From Candidatus Eiseniibacteriota bacterium (GTDB lineage: Bacteria > Eisenbacteria > RBG-16-71-46 > JABDJR01): DNA of 64,000 nucleotides. The notes below the pieces were generated by a model that did no database searches, was not told the origin of the DNA, and saw only the letters and a list, made by a program, of their open reading frames with translations. Positions 20,583 through 29,915 of this stretch are shown piece after piece. The stretch is taken from positions 800,001 to 864,000 of the forward strand of contig CAWANH010000029.1 in NCBI GenBank assembly GCA_963783375.1, given 5' to 3'. The first letter of the stretch is position 1, and each line of letters starts with the position of its first letter. Made by a program: the position numbers and the translations under genes.

Positions 20583-20686
20583 CCAAGGTCTCCAGACCCG
20601 GTCCTACCCGATGGAGCCGGGCGTCCGCGACCGGCCACGGAGGGCCGGCCAAACCGGCCCGACCCTGAATTCGGGGGACCGTCGCG

Positions 20687-20720
20687 CGGACGGCCCGGAG
20701 CCGAAGCTCCGGGCCGTCCG
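20687..20720 (-). terminator. Strong hairpin downstream of the tRNA
   Basis: 15-bp stem CGGACGGCCCGGAGC / GCTCCGGGCCGTCCG with a UUCG loop on the - strand; no clear U tract. Confidence 0.55.
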
Positions 20721-20735
20721 TCGGTCGCTCAAGAA

Positions 20736-20822
20736 TGGTGCGGAAGAGGGGACTTGAACCCCTACAGGATTGCTCCTACAAGGCCCTCAACCTTGCGCGT
20801 CTGCCAATTCCGCCACTTCCGC
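20736..20822 (-). tRNA. tRNA-Leu(GAG)
   Basis: Reverse complement reads GCGGAAGTGGCGGAATTGGCAGACGCG-CAAGG-TTGAGGG-CCTTG, a long variable arm, GTTCAAGTC, and ends TTCCGCACCA; usual position after secG. Confidence 0.97.
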
Positions 20823-20839
20823 TCGAAGGTCCACGAGGC

Positions 20840-21334
20840 TCAATTTCCGCCGGGGGCGTCGCTCTTCGGCTGCGCGCCCTGATCCCCCTGGGCCGGCTGC
20901 TGCGCGGGTGCAGGCTGGCCGGCGGCCGGAGCCCCACCCCCCGGCTGGGCGCCAGCCGCGGGCGCTTCCATGTCCCCGCCCACCGGAGGCAACCCCTCCG
21001 CTCCCCCGCCGGGCATCTGGAGCGGCTGGGACGACGGAGGAGGCTGGGTGGCAGGGTTCACCTGCCCCTCCCGAATGACGCTGCGGGGAGCGTTATGGCT
21101 ACCCGACATGAGAGCCAGGACCAGGGAGGTGGTCATGAAGGCGATCCCCAGGACGGTGGTGGCCTTGCTCAGGAACGTGGCCGCGCCTCGACCGCCGAAC
21201 AGGCTCTGCCCCGCCCCCCCCATACCGCCGAAGGCGCCGGCCAGACCACCCCCCTTCCCGGACTGCAGAAGCACGACCAGGATGAGGGTCACACAGATGA
21301 TGAGATGCATACCCAGTAGGAACCCGTAGATCAC
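20840..21334 (-). CDS. secG: Preprotein translocase subunit SecG with a long Pro/Gly/Gln-rich tail
   Basis: VLLQSGKGGGLAGAFGG...FLSKAT; GTG start with AAGGAG; tpiA-secG-tRNA-Leu order. Confidence 0.93.
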   Translation of the reverse strand: MIYGFLLGMHLIICVTLILVVLLQSGKGGGLAGAFGGMGGAGQSLFGGRGAATFLSKATTVLGIAFMTTSLVLALMSGSHNAPRSVIREGQVNPATQPPPSSQPLQMPGGGAEGLPPVGGDMEAPAAGAQPGGGAPAAGQPAPAQQPAQGDQGAQPKSDAPGGN

Positions 21335-21405
21335 GCGCGTCTCCTTGACTGCAAGACGGGGCCGCTTCGCCCCGGGCAAAGCCGCACCCGTTCAAAGGAC
21401 GGGCA

Positions 21406-21434
21406 AGTGTAGCAAGCCCGCCGGGGAGCGTCAA
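21406..21434 (-). promoter_or_regulatory. Putative sigma70 promoter for secG-tRNA
   Basis: TTGACG-17 nt-TACACT with TGn extension; overlaps the tpiA stop codon. Confidence 0.6.
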
Positions 21435-22210
21435 CCGCGGGGAGGGGGGGACAACGGAGCCGAGGCCTCCACGATCGGAAGGAAGGTCTCCGCCTTGAGG
21501 CAGGCCCCCCCGACCAGGGCGCCGTCGATGTCCGCCCGCTCCAGAAGCGTCCGGGCGTTGTCCGGTTTCACGCTCCCCCCATAGAGGATGCGGATGCCCG
21601 ACGCGGCCTCGGCGCCCAGGACCCGCCCCAGCTCGCGACGCAGATGCGCGTGGGCGTCCTGGGCCTGCTCGGGGCTCGCGGTGTTGCCGGTCCCGATCGC
21701 CCAGACCGGCTCGTAGGCCACGACCAGGCTCGCGGGACTCCTCAGGGCCACTCCCCCCAGCGATCCCACCACCTGCCGGGAAAGGACCACTTCGGTCGCG
21801 CCCGCCTTGCGTTCCTCCTCGGTCTCCCCCACGCAGACGATGGGGGTGAGACCCGCCTCCAGCGCCGCCACGGCCTTCCGCCGCACCCGGGCGTCGGTCT
21901 CACCGAACAGGGTCCGACGCTCGGAGTGTCCGAGAATGACCCACCGGCATCCCGCCTCCAGGATCATGGGTGCCGAGACCTCGCCGGTAAAGGCCCCCGA
22001 GGATTCCCAGTGCATTTCCTGGGCCCCGAGCCCGACCGGCGACCCGGCCAGGACCTCCGCGGCCTGCGGGAGGAGAGTGAACGGCGGGCAGTAGACCACC
22101 TCGCAGGGGGGGGACGGGCCCACCCCCCGTCTCACCTGTTCCAGGAGCGCAACCAGGCCCGCCCGGTCCAGGTTCATCTTCACGTTGCCGGCAATGATGG
22201 GTTTTCGCAC
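21431..22210 (-). CDS. tpiA: Triosephosphate isomerase
   Basis: GNxKMN, GHSERR, AYEPVWAIGTG, YGGSVKP, DGALVGGA. Confidence 0.97.
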   Translation of the reverse strand: MRKPIIAGNVKMNLDRAGLVALLEQVRRGVGPSPPCEVVYCPPFTLLPQAAEVLAGSPVGLGAQEMHWESSGAFTGEVSAPMILEAGCRWVILGHSERRTLFGETDARVRRKAVAALEAGLTPIVCVGETEEERKAGATEVVLSRQVVGSLGGVALRSPASLVVAYEPVWAIGTGNTASPEQAQDAHAHLRRELGRVLGAEAASGIRILYGGSVKPDNARTLLERADIDGALVGGACLKAETFLPIVEASAPLSPPPRG

Positions 22211-22213
22211 CGG

Positions 22214-23413
22214 TCAGCTCCGATCCGTCAGGGCGACCACGCCGGGCAGGTCCTTCCCCTCCAGGAACTCCAGGAAGGCGCCTCCACCGGTGGAAACATG
22301 GGTATACGCGTTCTTGTCCAACCCCAGGCGGGCGATGGCCGCCACGGAGTCGCCCCCCCCCACCACCACCGTTCCCCCTCGCTCGTGGACCTTGGCCAGG
22401 GCGCGGGCAACGGCCCGGGTCCCTTCGGCGAAGGCCGGCACCTCGAAGATTCCCAGCGGTCCGTTCCACACCACGGTCTGGGCGTCGGCGAGCTTCTCCT
22501 CGAACAGGGCTACGGTCCGGGGCCCGATGTCCACCCCCATGACCCCGGGGGGAATGTCCGGCCCCTCCGATTCCTGCTTGGGCTCGGATCCGTCCGCGGC
22601 CGACGAAACGATGGAATCCACGGGGAGCAGCAGCTCCACGCCGGCCTTCCGGGCTTCGGTGAGAACGGACCCCGCCAGCGCCACCCGATCCGACTCCACC
22701 AGCGAATCCCCGATCTCGTGTCCCTGGGCCTTGTAGAAGGTGTAGGTCATCCCGCCTCCGATCATGATGCGGTCGACCTTGTCGAGGAGATTGTTGAGGA
22801 CGTCGATCTTTCCCGAGATCTTGGCTCCCCCCAGAATGGCCACGAAAGGCCGCCGTGGATCCTGGAGGGCCTCTCCGAGATAGCGGAGCTCCTGCTCCAA
22901 CAGAAGACCGGCCGCCGCCTGCTTGAAGCGGTGGGCCACCGCCTCGGTGGAGGCGTGCGCGCGATGGGCGGCCCCGAAGGCGTCGTTCACATAGACGTCG
23001 CCGAGCTGAGCCAGTTGTTGCGCAAATCCGGAATCGTTGGCTTCTTCCTCGGGATGAAAGCGGAGATTCTCCAGGAGCAGAACCTGGCCGTCCTCCAGCT
23101 TTTCGCTGGCCTCGAGGGCAGCGCTTCCGACGCAGTCGTCGACGAACCGGATCTCCCGTCCCAGGAGCTTGGCCAGGCGCTTGGCCACCGGCTCCAGCGA
23201 GTACTTGGGATCGGCGGTTCCTTTCGGCCGGCCCAAATGGGACATGAGGACCACCCGGGCCCCACGTTCGACCAGGTTTCGAACGGTCGGTAGTGAAGCG
23301 ACGATGCGCGTGTCGTCGGTGATCTCACCGTCCTTGAGGGGAACGTTGTAGTCCACGCGGACAAGCACGCGCTTCCCCGCAACGTCCAGATCCTCCAGGC
23401 TGAGCTTGGCCAT
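22214..23413 (-). CDS. pgk: Phosphoglycerate kinase
   Basis: RVDYNVP, SHLGRP, LLENLRF, NDAFG..HRAHAS, GGGDS, STGGGAFLEFLEG. Confidence 0.98.
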   Translation of the reverse strand: MAKLSLEDLDVAGKRVLVRVDYNVPLKDGEITDDTRIVASLPTVRNLVERGARVVLMSHLGRPKGTADPKYSLEPVAKRLAKLLGREIRFVDDCVGSAALEASEKLEDGQVLLLENLRFHPEEEANDSGFAQQLAQLGDVYVNDAFGAAHRAHASTEAVAHRFKQAAAGLLLEQELRYLGEALQDPRRPFVAILGGAKISGKIDVLNNLLDKVDRIMIGGGMTYTFYKAQGHEIGDSLVESDRVALAGSVLTEARKAGVELLLPVDSIVSSAADGSEPKQESEGPDIPPGVMGVDIGPRTVALFEEKLADAQTVVWNGPLGIFEVPAFAEGTRAVARALAKVHERGGTVVVGGGDSVAAIARLGLDKNAYTHVSTGGGAFLEFLEGKDLPGVVALTDRS

Positions 23414-23416
23414 GGC

Positions 23417-24415
23417 CTATCCCCGGCTGCGGATCAGATCCAGAAGATCCAGAACCCGCATGGAGAAGCCCCACTCATTGTCGTACCAGGACAGGACCTT
23501 GACCAGGTTTCCCTCCATGACCGAGCTCATCTTGGAGTCGTAGATGCTCGAGTGCGGGTCGTGTACGACGTCGGACGAGACCAGATCATCCTCGCTGTAC
23601 CTGAGCACGCCCTTCATGGGCCCCGCCGCAGCCTGCTTCATCGCGGCGTGCATCTCCTCCTTCGTGGTGTTCTTCTCCAGCTCGGCCACGAGGTCCACCA
23701 GCGATCCGGTGGTCACCGGGACACGCACCGCGATACCGTCCAGCTTTCCCTTGAGATCCGGAATCACCAGCCCGATGGCTCGAGCCGCTCCGGTGGTGGT
23801 CGGGATCTGGTTGACCGCCGCCGCCCGGGCTCGACGCAGATCCTTGTGGGGCAGGTCGAGGAGCCGCTGATCGTTGGTGTAGGCATGAATGGTCGTCATC
23901 CACCCGCGCTTGATCTTCCAGTTGTCGTGAAGCACCTTGGCCACCGGAGCCAGACAGTTGGTGGTGCAGGAAGCGTTGGACATCACGAAGTGTTTGGAGG
24001 GGTCGTAGTCCTCGGTGTTCACGCCCAGAACCATGGTCAGATCCGCGCCCTTGGACGGCGCGCTCACAATGACTCTCCGGGCCCCGGCCTCCAGATGGAC
24101 CGCCGCCTTCTCCCGGTCGGTGAATCTCCCGGTGGCCTCGAGCACCACGTCCACGCCCATCTCCTTCCACGGGAGCTTCCGGGGATCGGTTTCGCAAAGC
24201 ACCTTTACCCGAACGTCCCCGCACCGGATGACGTCACCGTCGAGGACCACCTCTTCCTGCAGATTTCCCTGGACCGAGTCGTGCTTGAAGAGATGCGCAA
24301 GGGTCTTTGCATCGGTGATGTCGTTTACCGCCACAAACTCGAGGTCGGGACGGCTCAACGCGCCCCGCAACACCTGCCGTCCGATTCGCCCGAATCCGTT
24401 GATCGCTACTTTCAT
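23417..24415 (-). CDS. gap: Glyceraldehyde-3-phosphate dehydrogenase, type I
   Basis: [28 protein letters not shown]. Confidence 0.98.
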   Translation of the reverse strand: MKVAINGFGRIGRQVLRGALSRPDLEFVAVNDITDAKTLAHLFKHDSVQGNLQEEVVLDGDVIRCGDVRVKVLCETDPRKLPWKEMGVDVVLEATGRFTDREKAAVHLEAGARRVIVSAPSKGADLTMVLGVNTEDYDPSKHFVMSNASCTTNCLAPVAKVLHDNWKIKRGWMTTIHAYTNDQRLLDLPHKDLRRARAAAVNQIPTTTGAARAIGLVIPDLKGKLDGIAVRVPVTTGSLVDLVAELEKNTTKEEMHAAMKQAAAGPMKGVLRYSEDDLVSSDVVHDPHSSIYDSKMSSVMEGNLVKVLSWYDNEWGFSMRVLDLLDLIRSRG

Positions 24416-24600
24416 GCCTGACTTCCTTTTCTGTACCCTCCCCGGGAGCCGGGTGCGGTCCGGAGGGCTTTTCCGGGGACGGCGGGGAACGACGATTTAC
24501 GGAATGTGGGGCCCGGCGGAGTTCCGTCCCAATCCCCGCCCTTCACGCTCCCGGGCCCACAAAAGCAAGAATGCCGGTCTCTTTCGAGATCGACAATTCG

Positions 24601-24629
24601 ATGGTATGCGCGGCGTTAGACCCTGTCAA
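24601..24629 (-). promoter_or_regulatory. Putative sigma70 promoter of gap-pgk-tpiA
   Basis: TTGACA-17 nt-TACCAT, implying a ~180-nt 5' UTR. Confidence 0.65.
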
Positions 24630-24715
24630 GCCGCACCTGACCCGTCCGATGGCGCCGCCTCCCCCACCCCGCAAGACCGCGGGGATGATCCCGGGACCCC
24701 TCCCGTCCGGCGGCG

Positions 24716-26218
24716 TCAATAGCCGATGAAATCGGATGAATAACGTAGGATATACCGGCCGGTTCCGGACTCGTCCACGAACACGAACTTGAGTCCGGTG
24801 ACGCTGGTCGTTCGTTCTCGATCCGGGAAGAGCGGGCTTCCCTGACGAGTGTAGGTCCAGATTTCGTAGGGTCGCGTGTCGACTTCGTCGTTGGTGGCCA
24901 GAGTGCGCCCCGCGGCATTCTGCTCGGACAATCCGGCCACCAGCTGATCGAGTTGATTGTCCTGGGTGGGGAGGAGTTCCCGCTCGATCTCGTCCGGTTC
25001 GCCGAATCGAATGTACATCCGGCCCCGATCGCTGAGCATGCCCTTCCCGTCCGACCCGAAATGTCGGGTGGCGTACGCCACCCGGCGCAGAAACTCCTGC
25101 CGCAGCGGGTTGCCGGCGCTGGTGGGATCGGGATCCGCATCCGCCCAGAACTTCTCCACGTACTGTTCCCGGTCGCCGGTGGACATGCTCCGGAACCGAT
25201 CGTACTCCTTCTCGGTAAAGAGAACGCGAGCTTCGTTCAGGATCTCCTGTTCGGTTCGATCCCATGAACCGGTCTTCCACAAAAGGTTGAAGCTCCGGGA
25301 GGAATTCGCCTCGCCGCCGTCGGCCGAGTCCCGCACCGAGACGGCCAGGGTGTACTCCCCGCTCGGCAGAGCGCTCACATCGAAGGTCATCACCTTGACC
25401 CACTCCCGGCTGCCCGACCGCACCGTGTCCGGCACGATCCTGACCGTCTCTCCGGACGGATCCTGAAGCAGGTGATCTATATAGTAGGTCTTCGCCACGC
25501 CCAGGGAATCGCGCAGGTCGTAGACCTCGTAATAAGCGCTCACTCTGGACAGGAAGAGGCCGTAGCCCCGGGAAGGATTCGGCACGACGTCGAGATCGTT
25601 CTTCTCGAAGGGGCTGTCGGGGGAACCCTCATGGACCTCCCAGGCGAATTGGATATCGCTCACCCCGAACCGCTTCCCCACGAACGGAGGCGGGATGAGG
25701 GCGCCTTCGGCCTTCCCGTTCTTGCGCTTCCCGGTGAACAGGTAGAGGATTCCGCGTTTCCTCGCGTTCAGATCCTCGACCTGGACCTCCACCGAGGCGG
25801 CGCGGGGATCGAGGGGCTCCCGGAGGAGAAGAATCTGCGCGTGATCCGGCGAAACCGCCACATCGCCGTCGGCCACCTGAAACTGATAACGGTGACCCGC
25901 CTTCCCCAGCTCGTTGTCATCCGCATCCTTGAAGGTGAGCTGGACATAGACCTTGCCCGTATAGACCGAGTCCGCGTCGGGCTCGAACGTGAGCTGGTTG
26001 TTGGAGATCTTGAAGTAGTACTCCTCCTGCACCCCTCCGTTGCTCCCGCGGAACCCGGCATAGTCGGCCTGAAACCAGATATCCCCCGTCGACGCCAGGG
26101 GAAAGTCCGGCGCCGCCGTCGCTGGAGTGGCCGAAATCAAGGCGAAGAGCAGTGGAGCCACGGCGACTGGGACCGCTCCTCTCAGGAAAGACATAACGGC
26201 GTGGGTTTTTGGCGTCAT
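24716..26218 (-). CDS. GWxTD domain-containing exported protein
   Basis: Signal peptide; FW...DPDP...N....EFLRRVAYA...F...GMLSDRGRMYIRFGEPD, YEIWTY, FVFVD. Confidence 0.85.
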   Translation of the reverse strand: MTPKTHAVMSFLRGAVPVAVAPLLFALISATPATAAPDFPLASTGDIWFQADYAGFRGSNGGVQEEYYFKISNNQLTFEPDADSVYTGKVYVQLTFKDADDNELGKAGHRYQFQVADGDVAVSPDHAQILLLREPLDPRAASVEVQVEDLNARKRGILYLFTGKRKNGKAEGALIPPPFVGKRFGVSDIQFAWEVHEGSPDSPFEKNDLDVVPNPSRGYGLFLSRVSAYYEVYDLRDSLGVAKTYYIDHLLQDPSGETVRIVPDTVRSGSREWVKVMTFDVSALPSGEYTLAVSVRDSADGGEANSSRSFNLLWKTGSWDRTEQEILNEARVLFTEKEYDRFRSMSTGDREQYVEKFWADADPDPTSAGNPLRQEFLRRVAYATRHFGSDGKGMLSDRGRMYIRFGEPDEIERELLPTQDNQLDQLVAGLSEQNAAGRTLATNDEVDTRPYEIWTYTRQGSPLFPDRERTTSVTGLKFVFVDESGTGRYILRYSSDFIGY

Positions 26219-26282
26219 GATCACCTTCCGACCCGGCCGGGGCCCGGGTAGGATCGGAGCCGGACGGCCCGGCCCCAGAAGT

Positions 26283-26325
26283 AAAGCAAAACGGGCAGTA
26301 CGGTCCGGTCTCACCGTACTGCCCG
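26283..26325 (-). terminator. Intrinsic terminator after the PorV-family gene
   Basis: 13-bp stem CGGGCAGTACGGT / ACCGTACTGCCCG followed on the - strand by TTTTGCTTT. Confidence 0.8.
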
Positions 26326-26396
26326 CCCGACTGCGGTGAACCGGTTGCCCGCGGCTTCGGCGGGCCCGGCTTCTTTGTCTCGTTCCCGGCGACCCG

Positions 26397-27353
26397 CTAG
26401 AAGTTGATCTCCAGGGAGAACCGATGGGCCCCGGACAGGTCCGCGAGATCCGTGTACGAGTAGTCGAAACGCGTTGCCGAGGAGAGCGACGTGGGGAATT
26501 TCACCCCCAACCCGGCGCTGTAGCTCTCGGCGTCGTACCCGAAGTTGTAACCGCCCCGAAGGAAGAAGAAGTCCTTGTAGGCGTACTCGGCGCCCCAGTT
26601 CAGCCGCTCGTTGTTGTCCGGAGGGTGGCTGAATTCCGCGGTGGTCAGGACCTGATGGTCCAGAGCCTGGAACACGTTCATGGCCGCCCCGACCCGGAAA
26701 AGGATCGGGAGTTTGGCCGACTTTGCGTTGTCGATGTACGACAACTGCGAACCCATGTTCTGGATTTCCATCCCGATCTTCAACGAACGGTAACCCGTGT
26801 CGTACAGCGTGCCCACATCGAAGGACAGGGCGTTGGAACTGAGGTTGTCCAATCCCGCGTGGACCAGGCTGGCGGTCACACCGACCGAAAACTTGTCCGT
26901 GAGGGACCGGGCATAGGTCAACCCGAAGGCCGAATATCCGGCATCGAAGTACGTGCCGTCTCCGTCCGGCTTGTACACGGTGGTCCGGGCCATCTGGTCC
27001 ATGTACAGGGACCGGGCGTGAACGGCCAGCATCCCGGGAAGGAAACTCAAGCTGAAGACATACGCACCCTGGGTGAGGTTGGTGTCCGACACCCAGTTCA
27101 GGTGGTTGACGGAGACGACGTTGCCCTGGAGGCGGGCGATTCCGGCCGGATTCCAGTACACCGCCGAGGCATCATCGGCCACCGCCACGAAAGCTCCTCC
27201 CATGGCGGTCGCTCTGGCCCCGATCGGGATCTTCAGGAACTGGCCGTCATAGGTTCCCACCTTCTCGAAGAATTTCGCCGCCTCTGCCTTCGACGGCGGA
27301 AACCCCGCCGCGGCAAGGCCCAGAAGCGTGAGCGCCACGACCGTTCTTTTCAC
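26397..27353 (-). CDS. PorV/PorQ-family outer-membrane beta-barrel
   Basis: Signal peptide, FLKIPIGARATAMGGAF..ADDASAVYWNPAG, LRGGY, C-terminal HRFSLEINF; GTG start with AAGGAGG. Confidence 0.85.
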   Translation of the reverse strand: MKRTVVALTLLGLAAAGFPPSKAEAAKFFEKVGTYDGQFLKIPIGARATAMGGAFVAVADDASAVYWNPAGIARLQGNVVSVNHLNWVSDTNLTQGAYVFSLSFLPGMLAVHARSLYMDQMARTTVYKPDGDGTYFDAGYSAFGLTYARSLTDKFSVGVTASLVHAGLDNLSSNALSFDVGTLYDTGYRSLKIGMEIQNMGSQLSYIDNAKSAKLPILFRVGAAMNVFQALDHQVLTTAEFSHPPDNNERLNWGAEYAYKDFFFLRGGYNFGYDAESYSAGLGVKFPTSLSSATRFDYSYTDLADLSGAHRFSLEINF

Positions 27354-27394
27354 CGCAGTACCTCCTTGTGCCCTCATCCGCCGGCTGGAACCCG

Positions 27395-29848
27395 TCATCG
27401 GATGATCACGAAGCGACCCCGGCAAATGCCGCCGGAGTATTCCACCGAGTACAGGTAGATGCCGCTCGTTATGTTTTGACCGTTCCGCGAGATCAGATTC
27501 CAGAAGTAGGTGCCGTCTCCATTGCTCCCGTCGTGAGTCTCTTCCTTCACCAAGTCTCCGGCCAGGGTGTAGATCCGGATCGTCGATTTCTCGGGCGGGA
27601 GATTCCTGAACGCGATCTTGGTTCCGGTGGGATCCCGGTCGCTGGGAACGAGGTCCCAGTCGGCGCTCCCCCGGTACGGGTTTGGCACCACGGTAACGTC
27701 GTTGCAGCCGCCGGTGGTGTTCCAACGCGGGATCACCGACTCCGCCTCCACCGCGGAAGGAAGGCCGCCGAGAACCTGGATCTCATCCTTCCCGGTGGTC
27801 GAATTCTTGACCGTGGTCAAGCCGAACGCGGTCACCGAGTAGAAGTACAGCTTCCCGTCGATGAGACCGCGGGTATCCTCGTACTGGTAGTAGCCGACCG
27901 GATAGATGTCCTTGCCGTCGTCTGTCTTCCCGATCGATTTGACACCCGTCTGCTTCACCTCGCGCAGGTTCCTGGCGTCCTCGGTGAGCGGCGCAGCATC
28001 GGGAGACTTCCGGAACTCGGCGATCTTCATCCACTCCTCGGGAGCGGGGCCGATCGCACCCTCCGGCCTCTGCCAGTTGTCCACCCGCCAGACCCGGTAC
28101 CCCTCGAACAACTCCTGCTGGGTGATGGGATCCTTTCTCAGCTCCGATGAGTTGTCCCACTGGATGGTCACCCGGTGGTGACCGGCCGGAGGCACGTAGA
28201 GCGCGAGGTTCGGATCCTGGATCGGGTCGAGGGTGGGGTCGGTGTTGCTGGTCGGCGGAGGCGGAGCGGTCGTTCCCACCCAGTGGATCTGGGTTTCCTT
28301 GCCGTCCACCCCGGTGCAGGGGTTGCAGTCCGCGTCGACCCAGGTGCAGGTGAGCGCCTTGATGGTCCGTGTCGTGCCGAGAGTGTCGCAGGGATCGTCC
28401 CAATTGATGACATCGCCCTGTTGCAGCACCTTCAGGCACCGCTCCTTGCCGTCCACGCCGGTACTCGGCAGATGGTCGGCGTCGACGTAGGTCCCGTTGA
28501 AGACCCGCTGGGCGTTGACCGCGTTGGCCCAATAGCCGCACTTGAGAAGGTTGTCCTGCTGGGAGTTCAAATAGCTGTCTTCGCCCGGGCACTTGGTGGC
28601 GATCACGTACGCGGTCTGGAAAACCAGGGACTCACCGGGATTCAGCTGGGCGAATGGACCGGCGCCGACCACGTACCGGTAGTCATCCGGCTTGACCCCC
28701 CACTTCTGGGGCTTCTGGTGCGAGTTGAGGAGCGTGTAGCGTTCGTCGTCGTTCTGGGGATCCGAATTCTGCCCCGACGAGCTGAACCAGACCACCGTGC
28801 TCAATCCCACGTTCTGGGGAGCGCGAATTCCGGTGTCGTCGGTGGTGTGCCCCAGGAAGAGGGTGCCGAACACCCCGGGGACATCGCCGCCGGAAACGGT
28901 GGTGCCGTTATCCGGAGCGTCCCACATGAATGCGCTGTCCATGGACATGTCGAACTTGGCGCACGCCCCGCCCAGGGACTGATCCACGATGGTGGTATCG
29001 ACATGAGCCCACCCCACGCGATCATCGGTCCAGAACGACTCGTGGGTCTTGGGCCCGATGTCGGAATCCGAGAAGAAACCGAGGTAGAGCTGCTTCAGGC
29101 GCTGGTCCCCGGTGTTGATGATCTCGAACTCGAATCCGACGAACTCGTTGATGCCGGTCGTGGACCATTCGAAGGACCGCTGGTGCACCAGCACGTTGAG
29201 CGGCACGTGGTCCGGATTCTGGGCCACCGCTTCCGGCGTATCGTCCTTGTACTGGCACGAGAACATCTGCTGGCCGACGGCCGCATAGTCCTCGTCGATC
29301 TTGCCGTCCCCGTCGTCGTCCAATCCGTTCTGGAAATCCTCGTTGACCTTGGCGGGATCCACGACGTTGTTGTCCACGCAGCCCGCGTCTCCATCGTCGT
29401 CGGCCAGACAGGTTCCGCCCTCGCCGAGACGGTTTCCACCCTTGACCCCCTCGTACGACTCGTAGACCGTCCATACCGGGCTCAGCTCCGGTCGGAGTTC
29501 AGTGGGAGCCGCGGTGGAGACATGGGACTCGGAATCGGATCCGATGGCCCCGATCCAGAGCCCGGAATAATAGAGGTACTCCCCCCCCCGCCATCCGGCG
29601 GAGAAGTCGTTGATATACGGGTTGCCGATCAGTCCCACGTTGGTGATCTGCAGGGTGAGCAGACCCACGTTGTGGGTGAAGATGTTCGGTTCGCGAGTCG
29701 CGTACACCTCGTCCGGCACCCTGCCGTAAGCCATGGGGAGATCGATGTTGGAACGAGCCAGCGCCGATCCGGCGGTCGCCCCCAAGAAAGCGCCGATGAG
29801 GAGCAGGCCGACCACCTTGGATCCGGGTGCCCGTCTTCCTGGGTTCAT
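27395..29848 (-). CDS. Secreted hypothetical protein with acidic DxDxDG-type repeat and T9SS/FlgD-like C-terminal domain
   Basis: Signal peptide; GLDDDGDGKIDED; FEGYRVWR; C-terminus VVPNPY...FRNLP...IRIYTLAGDLV...WNLISRNGQ..SGIYLY...GRFVIIR. Confidence 0.75.
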   Translation of the reverse strand: MNPGRRAPGSKVVGLLLIGAFLGATAGSALARSNIDLPMAYGRVPDEVYATREPNIFTHNVGLLTLQITNVGLIGNPYINDFSAGWRGGEYLYYSGLWIGAIGSDSESHVSTAAPTELRPELSPVWTVYESYEGVKGGNRLGEGGTCLADDDGDAGCVDNNVVDPAKVNEDFQNGLDDDGDGKIDEDYAAVGQQMFSCQYKDDTPEAVAQNPDHVPLNVLVHQRSFEWSTTGINEFVGFEFEIINTGDQRLKQLYLGFFSDSDIGPKTHESFWTDDRVGWAHVDTTIVDQSLGGACAKFDMSMDSAFMWDAPDNGTTVSGGDVPGVFGTLFLGHTTDDTGIRAPQNVGLSTVVWFSSSGQNSDPQNDDERYTLLNSHQKPQKWGVKPDDYRYVVGAGPFAQLNPGESLVFQTAYVIATKCPGEDSYLNSQQDNLLKCGYWANAVNAQRVFNGTYVDADHLPSTGVDGKERCLKVLQQGDVINWDDPCDTLGTTRTIKALTCTWVDADCNPCTGVDGKETQIHWVGTTAPPPPTSNTDPTLDPIQDPNLALYVPPAGHHRVTIQWDNSSELRKDPITQQELFEGYRVWRVDNWQRPEGAIGPAPEEWMKIAEFRKSPDAAPLTEDARNLREVKQTGVKSIGKTDDGKDIYPVGYYQYEDTRGLIDGKLYFYSVTAFGLTTVKNSTTGKDEIQVLGGLPSAVEAESVIPRWNTTGGCNDVTVVPNPYRGSADWDLVPSDRDPTGTKIAFRNLPPEKSTIRIYTLAGDLVKEETHDGSNGDGTYFWNLISRNGQNITSGIYLYSVEYSGGICRGRFVIIR

Positions 29849-29915
29849 GTGCTCCCCCCTCCTTGTACCTTCAAGCCCTCTGCGAGAGTAGTCCATCATG
29901 TGCATGTTCCCGCCG

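Noticed and set aside
17700-20736. Integrated island at the 3' end of tRNA-Leu
   Set aside because: No integrase and no convincing duplicated tRNA 3' end; the GT-C-like gene has host-like GC content.
20735-21319. ORF beginning MVRKRGLEP
   Set aside because: Antisense translation of tRNA-Leu and secG.
22175-22192. tpiA GNVKMN instead of GNWKMN as a sign of inactivation
   Set aside because: Catalytic Lys, His and Glu motifs are intact, so this is probably a tolerated substitution.
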